Origin: Escherichia coli
Lineage (GTDB): Bacteria > Pseudomonadota > Gammaproteobacteria > Enterobacterales > Enterobacteriaceae
Length of the DNA: 64,000 nt
Direction: 5' to 3' (one strand)
NCBI RefSeq assembly: GCF_030384885.1
Contig: NZ_CP128613.1
The notes beneath the pieces were generated by a model. That model did no database searches and was not told where the DNA came from. It worked only from the letters and a program-made list of their open reading frames with translations. A program made the translations under genes and the position numbers. How positions within the stretch are numbered: the stretch's first letter is position 1; every line of letters starts with the position of its first letter. Shown one piece after another: positions 22,773 through 33,768 of the stretch.

Positions 22773-23246
22773 TTAAGCTCCTTGCGGTGGCGGCGTTAGA
22801 GAATTGCTACGCGTGATGAGTTGATATAAAAGGCGCAGCTCAAAGAATGCGATAACGAGGCTGGTGGGCAGACAAGCGGCATACATCAGGCCGATGGGCA
22901 AGCCGAGGATCGGTGAATAATCGCTCCAGTCCTGAATTGTTTTTAGCGTTGCGCCCCAGGCCAGAGCGCCACAAATAAATAAGATTAAGGAATGGGTAAC
23001 CAGAGCGACTCGCCGCTGCCACGCGGGGGAGAGTTTCTCCACCAGAAAGGTAACCTGAACGTGGGCGTTATCCATAAAAGCCACAATCGCGCCAATAAAG
23101 GTTAACCAGACAAATAAATAACGCGACAATTCATCTACAGATAAAATACTTGTCTGAAAACCATATCTTAAAATAATGTTTATAAACACAATACAGGAAA
23201 GTACGGCGAGATTAATCGCCAGTATTGCTTCAAGTATTTTTTTCAT
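22773..23246 (-). CDS. yiaM: TRAP transporter small permease
   Basis: 157-aa membrane ORF, recognised. Confidence 0.9.
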   Translation of the reverse strand: MKKILEAILAINLAVLSCIVFINIILRYGFQTSILSVDELSRYLFVWLTFIGAIVAFMDNAHVQVTFLVEKLSPAWQRRVALVTHSLILFICGALAWGATLKTIQDWSDYSPILGLPIGLMYAACLPTSLVIAFFELRLLYQLITRSNSLTPPPQGA

Positions 23247-23363
23247 AGCTATTCCTTGAGGCTATGTTTGTCATAATTCAAGTTGCATGTGCAGCAACCT
23301 GAATTATTAATATAGTTAGAGCAATAACATTACCCAGGCGTTCTGGCGTAGACGATTATTCGA

Positions 23364-23834
<471 letters not shown>

Positions 23835-23842
23835 TTATCTCC

Positions 23843-24841
23843 TTATAACGCCTGGATTTTTGCCCATACGCTGTCATCAACGGTAATACCGTTACGGCGG
23901 TTTTCTGCCAGCAGGGTGGTAAATTCGTGGCCGGGTAAGCGAATGGCCTGGTTTTCATCGGCGCGTTCAGCGGTGGTAATGTAATCCATGATACGTTGTA
24001 GCTTGGCATCGCGGGTGGCGCCGTCGATAAGCTTGTCCACTTCAACGGCGATAAAGATTTGCGAAACGCCATATTCGTCGCTGTTATCCTGGGTGACTTC
24101 GGCAACGGATGCGCCGTCGGAAAGGAGAGTAGCGATCATATCCAGCACGATCGACATACCAGAACCTTTCCAGTAGCCCATCGGCAAAATGCGGCGATTT
24201 TTTTCGATAATGCCAGGTTCTTTGGTCAAATTGCCCTTATCATCAAAGCCACCATCGACCGGGAGCTGACGACCTGCAAGGCGGTTAACTTCTAACATGC
24301 CGTAGGAAAACATCGACATCGACATATCGACCATAGTGATCGGCGTGGAAGGAATCGCGACGATCAGCGGGTTAGTGCCGATACGACACTCTTTTGCGCC
24401 CCACGGCGGCATTACGGCGATGGAGTTGGTCCAGCAAATGCCAATATAGCCTTTTTCCGCCGCCTGCCAGCCGTAGCTGCCGCCGCGCATCCAGTGGTTG
24501 GCATTACGCAACGCCACCAGACCAATACCGTGATCGGCAGCCAGTTCAATGGCGCGATCCATCATCTTTTTCGCTGTCAGGTTACCGATCGAACGCTGGG
24601 CGTCCCACTGTTCAATTGCGCCGAGGCTGGTTATACGTTTGGCTTGGGCATCAGGAATGATATCGCCGTTTTCCAGTTGTTGAATGAAACGAGGGAAACG
24701 GTTGACGCCGTGAGAATAAACGCCGGATTCGGTGGTGCGGGCGAACATTTCGGCACAGGCATCAGCCGTTTCGCTGTCAACGCCGCGTGAAATTAAGACT
24801 CGATTAAAGGCTGCTTTTAACTGCTCAAATGTCACTTTCAT
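23843..24841 (-). CDS. yiaK: 2,3-diketo-L-gulonate reductase
   Basis: 332-aa ORF, first gene of the yiaK-sgbE operon, recognised. Confidence 0.9.
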   Translation of the reverse strand: MKVTFEQLKAAFNRVLISRGVDSETADACAEMFARTTESGVYSHGVNRFPRFIQQLENGDIIPDAQAKRITSLGAIEQWDAQRSIGNLTAKKMMDRAIELAADHGIGLVALRNANHWMRGGSYGWQAAEKGYIGICWTNSIAVMPPWGAKECRIGTNPLIVAIPSTPITMVDMSMSMFSYGMLEVNRLAGRQLPVDGGFDDKGNLTKEPGIIEKNRRILPMGYWKGSGMSIVLDMIATLLSDGASVAEVTQDNSDEYGVSQIFIAVEVDKLIDGATRDAKLQRIMDYITTAERADENQAIRLPGHEFTTLLAENRRNGITVDDSVWAKIQAL

Positions 24842-25041
24842 CCCTGGCTTCCTTGTTTTTTTGATCGCTTTTTTGGCTTAAAATTTCAATATGCGAAATC
24901 TGATTTCAAATATATCGATCGCTTTTTAACAAAGCAATCTGATTAATGAATTTCAAAAGACTTAAAAATCAATTGGTTATAAATTATCTGTCGAGATCGT
25001 GAACTACGGCACACTTTGCGCTACCATCAGGACGCGACAAA
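24842..25041. promoter_or_regulatory. Divergent yiaK / yiaJ promoter-operator region
   Basis: AT-rich 200 bp; repeated gatcgcttttt and atttcaa motifs; IclR-type regulator encoded adjacently. Confidence 0.5.
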
Positions 25042-25890
25042 ATGGGGAAAGAAGTGATGGGAAAAAAAGAGAACGAGATGGCGCAGGAAAAAGAGCGTCC
25101 AGCCGGAAGCCAGAGTCTGTTTCGCGGGTTGATGCTGATTGAGATTTTGAGCAACTATCCAAACGGTTGTCCGTTGGCGCATCTTTCGGAGCTGGCTGGT
25201 TTAAATAAGAGTACCGTCCATCGCTTATTGCAGGGATTACAATCCTGCGGCTATGTGACCACCGCGCCCGCCGCAGGGAGTTACCGCCTGACTACCAAAT
25301 TTATTGCCGTCGGGCAGAAGGCGCTGTCTTCGCTGAATATCATTCATATCGCCGCTCCGCATCTTGAGGCACTGAACATCGCCACTGGTGAAACCATTAA
25401 CTTCTCCAGCCGCGAAGACGATCACGCTATTTTGATTTATAAGCTGGAACCTACAACCGGGATGCTGCGAACCCGAGCTTATATAGGCCAGCATATGCCG
25501 CTCTACTGTTCCGCAATGGGCAAGATCTACATGGCGTTTGGTCACCCGGACTACGTGAAGTCATACTGGGAAAGCCATCAGCATGAGATCCAGCCGTTAA
25601 CCCGCAATACCATTACCGAGCTGCCCGCGATGTTCGACGAACTGGCGCACATTCGTGAAAGCGGAGCGGCGATGGACAGAGAAGAAAACGAACTCGGCGT
25701 CTCCTGTATTGCTGTTCCGGTGTTTGATATTCATGGGCGGGTGCCGTACGCCGTGTCGATTTCTCTTTCGACATCACGTCTGAAACAGGTGGGGGAGAAA
25801 AATCTCCTGAAACCACTGCGTGAAACCGCGCAGGCTATTTCTAATGAACTGGGATTTACTGTCAGGGACGACCAGGGCGCGATCACATAA
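25042..25890 (+). CDS. yiaJ: IclR-family transcriptional repressor of the yiaK-sgbE operon
   Basis: 282-aa ORF with IclR HTH, recognised. Confidence 0.9.
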   Translation: MGKEVMGKKENEMAQEKERPAGSQSLFRGLMLIEILSNYPNGCPLAHLSELAGLNKSTVHRLLQGLQSCGYVTTAPAAGSYRLTTKFIAVGQKALSSLNIIHIAAPHLEALNIATGETINFSSREDDHAILIYKLEPTTGMLRTRAYIGQHMPLYCSAMGKIYMAFGHPDYVKSYWESHQHEIQPLTRNTITELPAMFDELAHIRESGAAMDREENELGVSCIAVPVFDIHGRVPYAVSISLSTSRLKQVGEKNLLKPLRETAQAISNELGFTVRDDQGAIT

Positions 25891-25991
25891 CGCTCTGGAC
25901 AAGTGCCAAAACTTTAACATTTCCTTCGTTGGATCAAAGCAGTAGAGACGCGCTCTCTGGCACTCTGCTGTTTTAGTGCAAAGGAGTGATC

Positions 25992-26465
25992 ATGAACCGG
26001 TTTATTATTGCGGATGCGACGAAATGTATCGGTTGCCGTACCTGTGAAGTGGCTTGCGCAGTGTCGCATCAGGAGAATCAGGATTGCGCTGCGTTGTCAC
26101 CCGGTGAGTTTATTTCGCGTATTCGTGTCATTAAAGATCATACTTACACCACGGCAGTAGCCTGTCATCAGTGTGAAGATGCACCGTGCGCAAATGTGTG
26201 CCCTGTTGACGCGATAAGTCGCGAACATGGGCATATTTTCGTTGAACAATCACGTTGTATTGGCTGTAAAAGCTGTATGCTGGCTTGCCCGTTTGGTGCG
26301 ATGGAGGTCGTTTCTTCACGCACAAAGGCGAGGGCGATAAAGTGCGATCTGTGCTGGCATCGGGCGACGGGACCGGCTTGTGTTGAAGCTTGCCCAACAC
26401 AAGCGTTGCAATGCATGGATGTCGAGAAAGTGCAGCGGCATCGGCTACGGCAGCAGTCTGTTTGA
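25992..26465 (+). CDS. ysaA: 4Fe-4S ferredoxin-type protein
   Basis: 157 aa from ATG 25992 (MNRFIIADATKCIGCRTCEVAC); multiple CxxCxxC cluster motifs. Confidence 0.88.
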   Translation: MNRFIIADATKCIGCRTCEVACAVSHQENQDCAALSPGEFISRIRVIKDHTYTTAVACHQCEDAPCANVCPVDAISREHGHIFVEQSRCIGCKSCMLACPFGAMEVVSSRTKARAIKCDLCWHRATGPACVEACPTQALQCMDVEKVQRHRLRQQSV

Positions 26466-26512
26466 AACGTTTTTCCGGCGTTTTTTAACGCAGGAATAGT
26501 GCGCTTTGTTTA

Positions 26513-26613
26513 TGCCGGATGCGGCTTAAACGCCTTATCCGGCCTACAAATTCTTCCAAATTCAATATATTGCAGAAATGATGTAGGCCTGATAAGCGTA
26601 GCGCATCAGGCAA
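26513..26613. repeat. REP/BIME palindromic units
   Basis: gccggatgcggcttaaacgccttatccggcctac and gtaggcctgataagcgtagcgcatcaggc. Confidence 0.85.
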
Positions 26614-26616
26614 TTT

Positions 26617-27870
26617 TTAATGACTTTCAGCCCAGGCGCGTTCAATCTCTTCCGCCAGAATCTTCACCCCCGCTTCAATTTTATCCGGCTCCGGCACGTA
26701 GTTCATACGCATACATTGATGTGTATGTGGCCACGGTTTATCCAGCCCTGGGAAGAAGTTGTGCCCCGGCACCATCAGCACGCCCCGTGCTTTCAGGCGC
26801 TGGTAGAGCTGCTCGGTCGTAATTGGCAAATCCTTAAACCATAGCCAGAGGAAAATGGCTCCTTCCGGTTTATGAATCAGGCAGCGATCTTCCGGTAAAT
26901 AGCGGCGAATGATAGCGATAGTTTCCTGAACACGCTGGTAGTAAAACGGTTTGATGACTGTTTCAGACAGGCGCAGCAGATCGTTACGCTTAATCATTTC
27001 ACACATCATCGCTGGACCAATACCGCCAGGTGCCAGGCTGATAATGCCGTTCATATTGGTGATGGCGGTGATGATTTTTTCATTGGCGATGATAATGCCG
27101 CAGCGCGAACCCGGTAGTCCCAGCTTGGAAAGACTCATGCACAGTACAATATTCGGATTCCACAGCGGGCGCGCTTCGCTGAAGATGATGCCTGGGAACG
27201 GGACGCCATAAGCGTTATCAATCACCAGCGGAATACCGTGCTGATTCGCCAGTGCGTCCAGTTTCAATAATTCTTCGTCAGTAATCACATTGCCTGTTGG
27301 ATTCGTCGGTCGGGAGACGCAAATCATCCCGGTCTCTTCGCCAATATGCAGATGCTCAAAATCGACGTGGTATTTAAACTGGCCTTCCGGCAGCAGTTCA
27401 ATATTCGGACGCGCAGAGACAAACAGATCTTCTTCCAGTCCGGCGTCAGCGTAGCCAATGTATTCCGGTGCCAGCGGAAACAGCACTTTTTTGATCCGAC
27501 CATCGGCACGGCGTCCGGCGAACAGATTAAATAAGTAGAAAAACGCGCTCTGGCTGCCGTTTGTTAGTGCAATATTCTGTGGTTCGATATCCCAACCCAA
27601 CTTCTCGCGTAGCATTCCGGCAAGCAGTGTGAGTAGCTCCGTTTTCCCCTGTGGACCGTCGTAATTGCACAGTGCATCAGTCGCTTTGCCACTTTCCAGC
27701 ATGTCGGTCAGTAGCGTCTGGAAGTAGTCCTGCATTTCCGGGATCTGCGCTGGATTACCGCCGCCGAGCATAATCGCGCCAGGCGTGCGTAAACCGTCGT
27801 TCAGATCTTCCATCAGCAGCGTAATGCCGGAGTGGCGGGTAAATTTGTCACCAAAAAGGGAGAATGTCAT
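26617..27870 (-). CDS. avtA: Valine-pyruvate aminotransferase
   Basis: Start chosen at ATG 27870 (MTFSLFGDKF) giving 417 aa; track ORF from 27975 is an upstream extension. Confidence 0.9.
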   Translation of the reverse strand: MTFSLFGDKFTRHSGITLLMEDLNDGLRTPGAIMLGGGNPAQIPEMQDYFQTLLTDMLESGKATDALCNYDGPQGKTELLTLLAGMLREKLGWDIEPQNIALTNGSQSAFFYLFNLFAGRRADGRIKKVLFPLAPEYIGYADAGLEEDLFVSARPNIELLPEGQFKYHVDFEHLHIGEETGMICVSRPTNPTGNVITDEELLKLDALANQHGIPLVIDNAYGVPFPGIIFSEARPLWNPNIVLCMSLSKLGLPGSRCGIIIANEKIITAITNMNGIISLAPGGIGPAMMCEMIKRNDLLRLSETVIKPFYYQRVQETIAIIRRYLPEDRCLIHKPEGAIFLWLWFKDLPITTEQLYQRLKARGVLMVPGHNFFPGLDKPWPHTHQCMRMNYVPEPDKIEAGVKILAEEIERAWAESH

Positions 27871-28047
27871 AGCGGGATATCTGTCGAACTCTGTAGCAAG
27901 GAAGGTAACAATAACGCTACATTTGCTGGGGTGCAAATCGCTCTGTTGAAGTGGGAGCGGTGCTTTATCCTGCAACTCTGATTAGGGCTGACATTTTATC
28001 CTGGTTGGCGGCTTCCCGAGGTACTGACGAACGGGAAGCCGAAAACG

Positions 28048-30078
28048 TTACTGTTGCCCCGCCCAGACGACCAGCACTTTATCGTCGTCATGCTCACGAA
28101 CAAAGCCGTAGCCCTGCTTCAGCGAAAGTGTCGTTTGTTTGCCCGCGCCAATTGCGGGATGGCGGGCGCGGAACTGGCTGATTTTCTGCCAGTGCGCGAC
28201 GCTAGCGGCAGATTTACCGTTAACATCCTGCCAGTTCATATCCGAACGCGTGCCTTGCAGCGGATCAGAACCGGTAGGACCGAACGGACGAGAGGATTCA
28301 TCACCATAAAAGATTTGTACTGCACCTGGCGCTAATAACAATAACTCTGCTGCTTTGTCGCCCCCTTCACGGAACAGGCGGGTATCATGCGACGAAAGAT
28401 AGCTCAACACGTTGAAATCCTGCAATTTCTCTGCCATTTGCTGCCAGGTCGTATCCATCTGCGCCAGACAATCGACCGCTTTCGCCGCCTGCTCCTGATA
28501 ATCGAAATTGATCATCGCATCGAAGCCGTGGCGATAGTAGTCACTTTGCATCACGCCGTGGCCCCAGGCTTCACCGGTCATCCAGAAAGGTTTGTCATCT
28601 AATGCTTTGTCGGGATTCGCTTTTTTCCATTCGCGAAGTGCGGCGCTGGCTTCGGTTTTCAGTTGCTGCCAGGCGGGCAACTCAACATGCCTGGCGGTAT
28701 CGACCCGAAAACCATCAATTCCGTAGTCACGGACCCACTGGCTTAACCAATGGGTTAAGTAATCTCGAGGGGTAAAGCCGTCAATGGCTTTAGCGTGGGT
28801 ATCCGTTTTGTTGTTATAGAACACTGGCAGGCCAGAAGCGGTCGTTGATTCGGTTTTGATATCCGGTAAAAAGGCCAGCGACATGGTGAGATCGTCAAAT
28901 CCAGGATTGTCGTAGTCGCCGATATCCGTTCTGATCCAGTTTTTTCCCCACCATTTATCCCAGCCTGTTTTGTCGCTGAAATTAATGTAATCGTTAAAGC
29001 TATGCCAGGTTTGCCCGGCGGCGGGCTTCCAGTCGCTCCAACGGTCACCTAACGTTTTTTTCAGCTCATCACCAGAAAGGTATAACGCGCCAAACTGATA
29101 CTCCTGCATATCCGCCAGCGTGGCATAACCGGAGTGGTTCATCACTACATCAAAGAGAATACGAATACCGCGCTGATGCGCGCTATCAACCAGCGTCCGG
29201 AGATCGGCTTCGTTGCCCATATTGGCATCCAGATTCGTCCAGTCCTGGGTGTAGTAACCGTGGTAGGCATAATGCGGGAAATCGCCTTTTGTTCCGCCGC
29301 CGACCCAGCCGTGAATTTGCTCAAATGGGGCGCTTATCCATAAAGCATTGACGCCCAGCTGCTGGAGATAATCCAGTTTGTTGGTCAGGCCGCGTAAATC
29401 GCCGCCGTGAAAAGTGCCAATTTCTGCCATACCGTCTTTATGACGTCCGTAACTCTGGTCATTACTGGGATCGCCGTTTTCGAAACGATCTGTCAGCACA
29501 AAGTAAACTGTGGCGTTATGCCAGTCGAAAGGGGCGGATGTGTCAGTTTCTGCCCGTTCCAGCAGGAGTAAACCCTTGCTGGTGGCAGCGGGTTGTAACG
29601 TTATTTGACCGTTCTTCACTATCGCAATTTGCTGGCTGTAATAATCCCGGACTGCGGCTCCCTCCGGAAAAGTGGCGCTGACATCCAGAGTGAGCGGTAA
29701 TCCATCCCATTTCGGGCATTCACGGACCAGGTTTGCTACCGGTTCGACGGCGTTCTGGATGGAAATCATCAATGTTGGTGTACCGGAGCGGGTGTCTAGT
29801 TGCAGCTTATATTCGCCGTCCCTGAACAATCGCCATTGAGGTGGCGTGTTGCTACAAGGTTGCAGGGAAAGCATCTGATTGAGTTTTATCGCATCCGCAG
29901 GCTGCCAGCACTGTTGGTCAAAATTTAGCGTGAGTGGACGCGTACCTTTGGGCAACTGCGCGTGGCTGACAAATGTTCCCGTTCCCTGTTCGCTAAAGGC
30001 AGGGAACCCCGGAGAAGTCCAACTGGCGGCAACGGCGAAGCCAGGAAGGAGTGTCAGAAAACAGGCGGCGAGTTTCAT
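28048..30078 (-). CDS. malS: Periplasmic alpha-amylase
   Basis: 676-aa ORF with signal peptide and GH13 motifs, recognised. Confidence 0.92.
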   Translation of the reverse strand: MKLAACFLTLLPGFAVAASWTSPGFPAFSEQGTGTFVSHAQLPKGTRPLTLNFDQQCWQPADAIKLNQMLSLQPCSNTPPQWRLFRDGEYKLQLDTRSGTPTLMISIQNAVEPVANLVRECPKWDGLPLTLDVSATFPEGAAVRDYYSQQIAIVKNGQITLQPAATSKGLLLLERAETDTSAPFDWHNATVYFVLTDRFENGDPSNDQSYGRHKDGMAEIGTFHGGDLRGLTNKLDYLQQLGVNALWISAPFEQIHGWVGGGTKGDFPHYAYHGYYTQDWTNLDANMGNEADLRTLVDSAHQRGIRILFDVVMNHSGYATLADMQEYQFGALYLSGDELKKTLGDRWSDWKPAAGQTWHSFNDYINFSDKTGWDKWWGKNWIRTDIGDYDNPGFDDLTMSLAFLPDIKTESTTASGLPVFYNNKTDTHAKAIDGFTPRDYLTHWLSQWVRDYGIDGFRVDTARHVELPAWQQLKTEASAALREWKKANPDKALDDKPFWMTGEAWGHGVMQSDYYRHGFDAMINFDYQEQAAKAVDCLAQMDTTWQQMAEKLQDFNVLSYLSSHDTRLFREGGDKAAELLLLAPGAVQIFYGDESSRPFGPTGSDPLQGTRSDMNWQDVNGKSAASVAHWQKISQFRARHPAIGAGKQTTLSLKQGYGFVREHDDDKVLVVWAGQQ

Positions 30079-30397
30079 GGCGGATGAGTCCTTATTGCTG
30101 CGATTTCAGACAGTTTGCCAGCGATAAGCCAGACAAAACTCATCCCTGAGCGGTAAGTCCACAGGATGAGAAGCAAGGGTGAGCGATCGCGCGCAAAAAA
30201 CGGCTGAATTTTGCGATAAACCCCACATTTTCTGCGATTTAGAGCCAATCTGAATCGTTAACACGTGACATAGTTTCAGATTTGGACTATTCCTTGGGGT
30301 GCTCTTGACGGCTATTTTTGATATGATTTGAGATTCAACTCTCAAATTTGTGAAAAATATAAGGTGTTGGAATGATTAAATCCGACCAGGAGACCTG

Positions 30398-31222
30398 ATG
30401 ATTTTGACTCCCATACGACGATATGGGGCGATGATTCTTATGTTACTCACTCTGGTGTTTTCGAGTGAGGTGTTAGCGAAGACGCACACAACAACAGCGA
30501 GTCAAAAGTCCCACTTAACTAAAGCTAGTAATAAACAGGTAAGCAGTAAACAAGAGTATTCTCGCAATAGTGCAAAGAGTAGTTCACTTCCTGATTTGCG
30601 AAAATACCCTTCCGGAACACCAAGGAAAAAAGCGTTTCTCCGGACCGTAATGCCTTACATTACCAGCCAAAATGCGGCCATTACTGCGGAACGTAACTGG
30701 CTCATTTCAAAACAGTATCAGGGCCAATGGTCACCTGCTGAGCGTGCGCGTCTTAAAGACATCGCCAAACGCTACAAGGTGAAGTGGTCCGGTAATACGC
30801 GAAAAATCCCGTGGAATACCTTGCTGGAACGCGTAGACATTATTCCTACCAGTATGGTGGCGACGATGGCTGCAGCAGAAAGCGGTTGGGGAACGTCGAA
30901 GCTGGCGCGTAGCAACAACAACCTATTCGGCATGAAGTGCATGAAAGGACGTTGTACCAATGCGCCGGGTAAAGTGAAGGGGTACTCACAGTTCAGTTCT
31001 GTCAAAGAATCGGTGAGCGCCTATGTCACTAACCTGAATACTCACCCGGCTTACTCTTCGTTCCGTAAATCGCGTGCACAACTGCGTAAAGCGGATCAGG
31101 AAGTGACTGCCACAGCGATGATTCACAAGCTGAAGGGCTACTCGACCAAAGGGAAGAGTTATAACAACTACCTGTTCGCAATGTACCAGGATAACCAACG
31201 GTTAATCGCGGCGCATATGTAA
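30398..31222 (+). CDS. bax: Bax protein (putative glucosaminidase-domain protein)
   Basis: 274-aa ORF, recognised. Confidence 0.88.
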   Translation: MILTPIRRYGAMILMLLTLVFSSEVLAKTHTTTASQKSHLTKASNKQVSSKQEYSRNSAKSSSLPDLRKYPSGTPRKKAFLRTVMPYITSQNAAITAERNWLISKQYQGQWSPAERARLKDIAKRYKVKWSGNTRKIPWNTLLERVDIIPTSMVATMAAAESGWGTSKLARSNNNLFGMKCMKGRCTNAPGKVKGYSQFSSVKESVSAYVTNLNTHPAYSSFRKSRAQLRKADQEVTATAMIHKLKGYSTKGKSYNNYLFAMYQDNQRLIAAHM

Positions 31223-31237
31223 TTGTATTCCCTGAAG

Positions 31238-31315
31238 CCTTATCCGACTTGTTGGTCGGATAAGGCGTTCACGCCGCATGCGACAACCACGCAGCGTTGC
31301 CTGATGCGACGCCGA
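31238..31315. repeat. REP palindromic units
   Basis: gccttatccgacttgttggtcggataaggcgttcacgccgcatgcgac. Confidence 0.85.
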
Positions 31316-31330
31316 CAATTCTCATCATCG

Positions 31331-32509
31331 CTACAACATGACCTCGCTATTTACATCGCGATACTCTTTTGGCGTCGTGTCATATGCTTTTTTAAAAACA
31401 GAGTAGAAATATTGCAGCGATGGATAACCGCACATTTGCGATATCTCATTGATCGACAAGGTGGTTGAAATCAGCAGACTGCGCGCTTTCTCCAACTTCT
31501 CGGCATGAATCATGGCATGGATGGTTTCACCCACCTCTTCTTTAAAACGCTTCTCAAGATTGGAGCGAGAGATCCCGACGGCATCGAGTACCTGATCCAC
31601 TTTAATCCCTTTACAGGCGTGATTACGAATGTAATGCATGGCCTGAATAACGGCGGGATCGGTCAGCGAGCGGTAATCTGTTGAGCGCCGTTCAATGACG
31701 CGAACTGGTGGGACCAAAATCCGCTGTAGCGGCATTTCTTCTTTATCTAATAATCGATGCAACAGTTTTGCCGCCTGATAGCCCATTTGCCGTGCGCCCT
31801 GAGCGACCGAAGAAAGGGCGACACGCGACAGATAGCGGGTCAGTTCTTCGTTATCGATGCCAATCACGCATAATTTTTCCGGTACGGGAATGTGTAGATG
31901 TTCACATACTTGCAGAATATGCCGTGCCCGGGCGTCAGTAACGGCAATAATCCCGGTTTGCGGTGGCAGCGTTTGTAGCCAGTCTGCCAGCCGATTTTGC
32001 GCGTGTTGCCAGTTCTCTGGCGCGGTTTCTAACCCCTGATAAACCACTCCGCGATACTTTTCTTCGGCGACAAGCTGACGAAATGCATATTCGCGTTCAG
32101 TGGCCCAACGTTTGCCGCTGGATTCCGGAAGACCATAAAAAGCAAAGCGGTTAACGCCTTTCTCTTTTAAATGCAAAAATGCGCTTTCAACCAGTGCATA
32201 GTTATCGGTGGCAATGTAATGAACGGGTGGGTAACTTTCGGCAAGGTGATACGAGCCACCAACCCCAACAATGGGGACGTCGACATCAGCTAGCGCTTGC
32301 TCGATTTGTTTGTCGTCGAAGTCGGCAATGACGCCATCTCCTAACCAGTCCTTGATTTTATCAATGCGGGCGCGGAAATCTTCTTCAATGAAAATATCCC
32401 ATTCCGATTGTGACGCCTGTAAATATTCCCCTACGCCTTCTACTACCTGACGGTCATAGGCTTTATTAGCATTGAACAGCAATGTGATGCGGTGACGTTT
32501 AGTAAACAT
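31331..32509 (-). CDS. xylR: Xylose operon regulator (AraC family with periplasmic-binding-protein-like domain)
   Basis: 392-aa ORF, recognised. Confidence 0.92.
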   Translation of the reverse strand: MFTKRHRITLLFNANKAYDRQVVEGVGEYLQASQSEWDIFIEEDFRARIDKIKDWLGDGVIADFDDKQIEQALADVDVPIVGVGGSYHLAESYPPVHYIATDNYALVESAFLHLKEKGVNRFAFYGLPESSGKRWATEREYAFRQLVAEEKYRGVVYQGLETAPENWQHAQNRLADWLQTLPPQTGIIAVTDARARHILQVCEHLHIPVPEKLCVIGIDNEELTRYLSRVALSSVAQGARQMGYQAAKLLHRLLDKEEMPLQRILVPPVRVIERRSTDYRSLTDPAVIQAMHYIRNHACKGIKVDQVLDAVGISRSNLEKRFKEEVGETIHAMIHAEKLEKARSLLISTTLSINEISQMCGYPSLQYFYSVFKKAYDTTPKEYRDVNSEVML

Positions 32510-32544
32510 GGTTCTTTTCCTGCTGAATCATGCAAAAACTCAAA

Positions 32545-32577
32545 ACCGGTAATAAGTTACCGGTTTTGAGAAAATTT
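32545..32577 (-). terminator. Rho-independent terminator after xylH
   Basis: Perfect hairpin aaccggtaa-taag-ttaccggtt flanked by A/T runs. Confidence 0.6.
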
Positions 32578-32586
32578 TTATCAAAA

Positions 32587-33768
32587 TCAAGAACGGCGTT
32601 TGGTTGCGGAGTCCATCCATACTGCCAGCAACAGAATCGCACCTTTAACGATATACTGCCAGAAGGTCGGTACATCCATCATACTCATGCCGTTATCCAG
32701 TGAAGCCATGATGAATGCCCCCATTACCGCTCCAGCCACGCTCCCGACGCCGCCTGCCAGACTGGTGCCGCCAATCACACATGCTGCAATTGCGTCCAGC
32801 TCGGCGATATTTCCCGCAGAAGGTGAACCAGCGCCAAGTCGAGAACTGAGGATTAATCCGGCGATGGCTACCATTAATCCGTTAATAGCGAACACGGCAA
32901 GTTTGGTGCGTTCAACGTTAATCCCGGAGAGCCGTGCTGCTTCCAGATTGCCGCCGATGGCATAAATGCGTCTTCCAAATGCCGTCCGCGTTGCCATAAA
33001 CATTCCGCCGAGTAACAGCAACGTCAGCAGCAGAACAGGAGTGGGAACGCCACGGTAATCATTCAAAAGCCAGATTGCGCCTAAGACGATAATCGCCGTT
33101 AATGCCTGGCGGCCGACAACTGCGGTAGAGGCCGGAGACTGCAAACCCAAAGCCTGACGGCGCATTCTTCCGCGCCATTGCCAGCCAACAAAAGCCATTA
33201 AGCCAAGCGCGCCAATGATGAAGCCGGTGCTTGCAGGTAGATAGCTTTGCCCAATTTGTGACATCGCGGCACTGGTGGGGGAAACCGTCGTGCCGTTGGT
33301 GATGCCAATGAGTATGCCGCGAAATGCCAACATGCCCGCAAGGGTGACAATAAATGAAGGGACTTTGCGGTACGCGACCCACCATCCGTTCCAGGCACCG
33401 AGAAGCAGTCCCAGAACCAACGTCACAATGATGGTAAGTGGCAAAGGCCAGCCTAGCCAGACGTCACAAATCGCCGCGACGCCACCTAATAGCCCCATCA
33501 TTGAGCCGACGGAAAGGTCGATTTCAGCAGAAATTATGACGAACACCATTCCTACCGCGAGGATGCCGGTAATCGCGGTCTGGCGTAACAGGTTGGAGAC
33601 GTTACGGGCGCTTAAGTAGGCACCATCGGTGGTCCAGGTAAAGAACAGCATGATTGCGATGATAGCTGCAATCATCACGAAGACCTGCAAATTCAGTGAC
33701 TTCAGCCCGGAAAAGCCACCGGATGTCGGTACGGCCAATTTCACTTCAGACGGATTGCTTTTCGACAT
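32587..33768 (-). CDS. xylH: D-xylose ABC transporter permease
   Basis: 393-aa membrane ORF, recognised. Confidence 0.92.
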
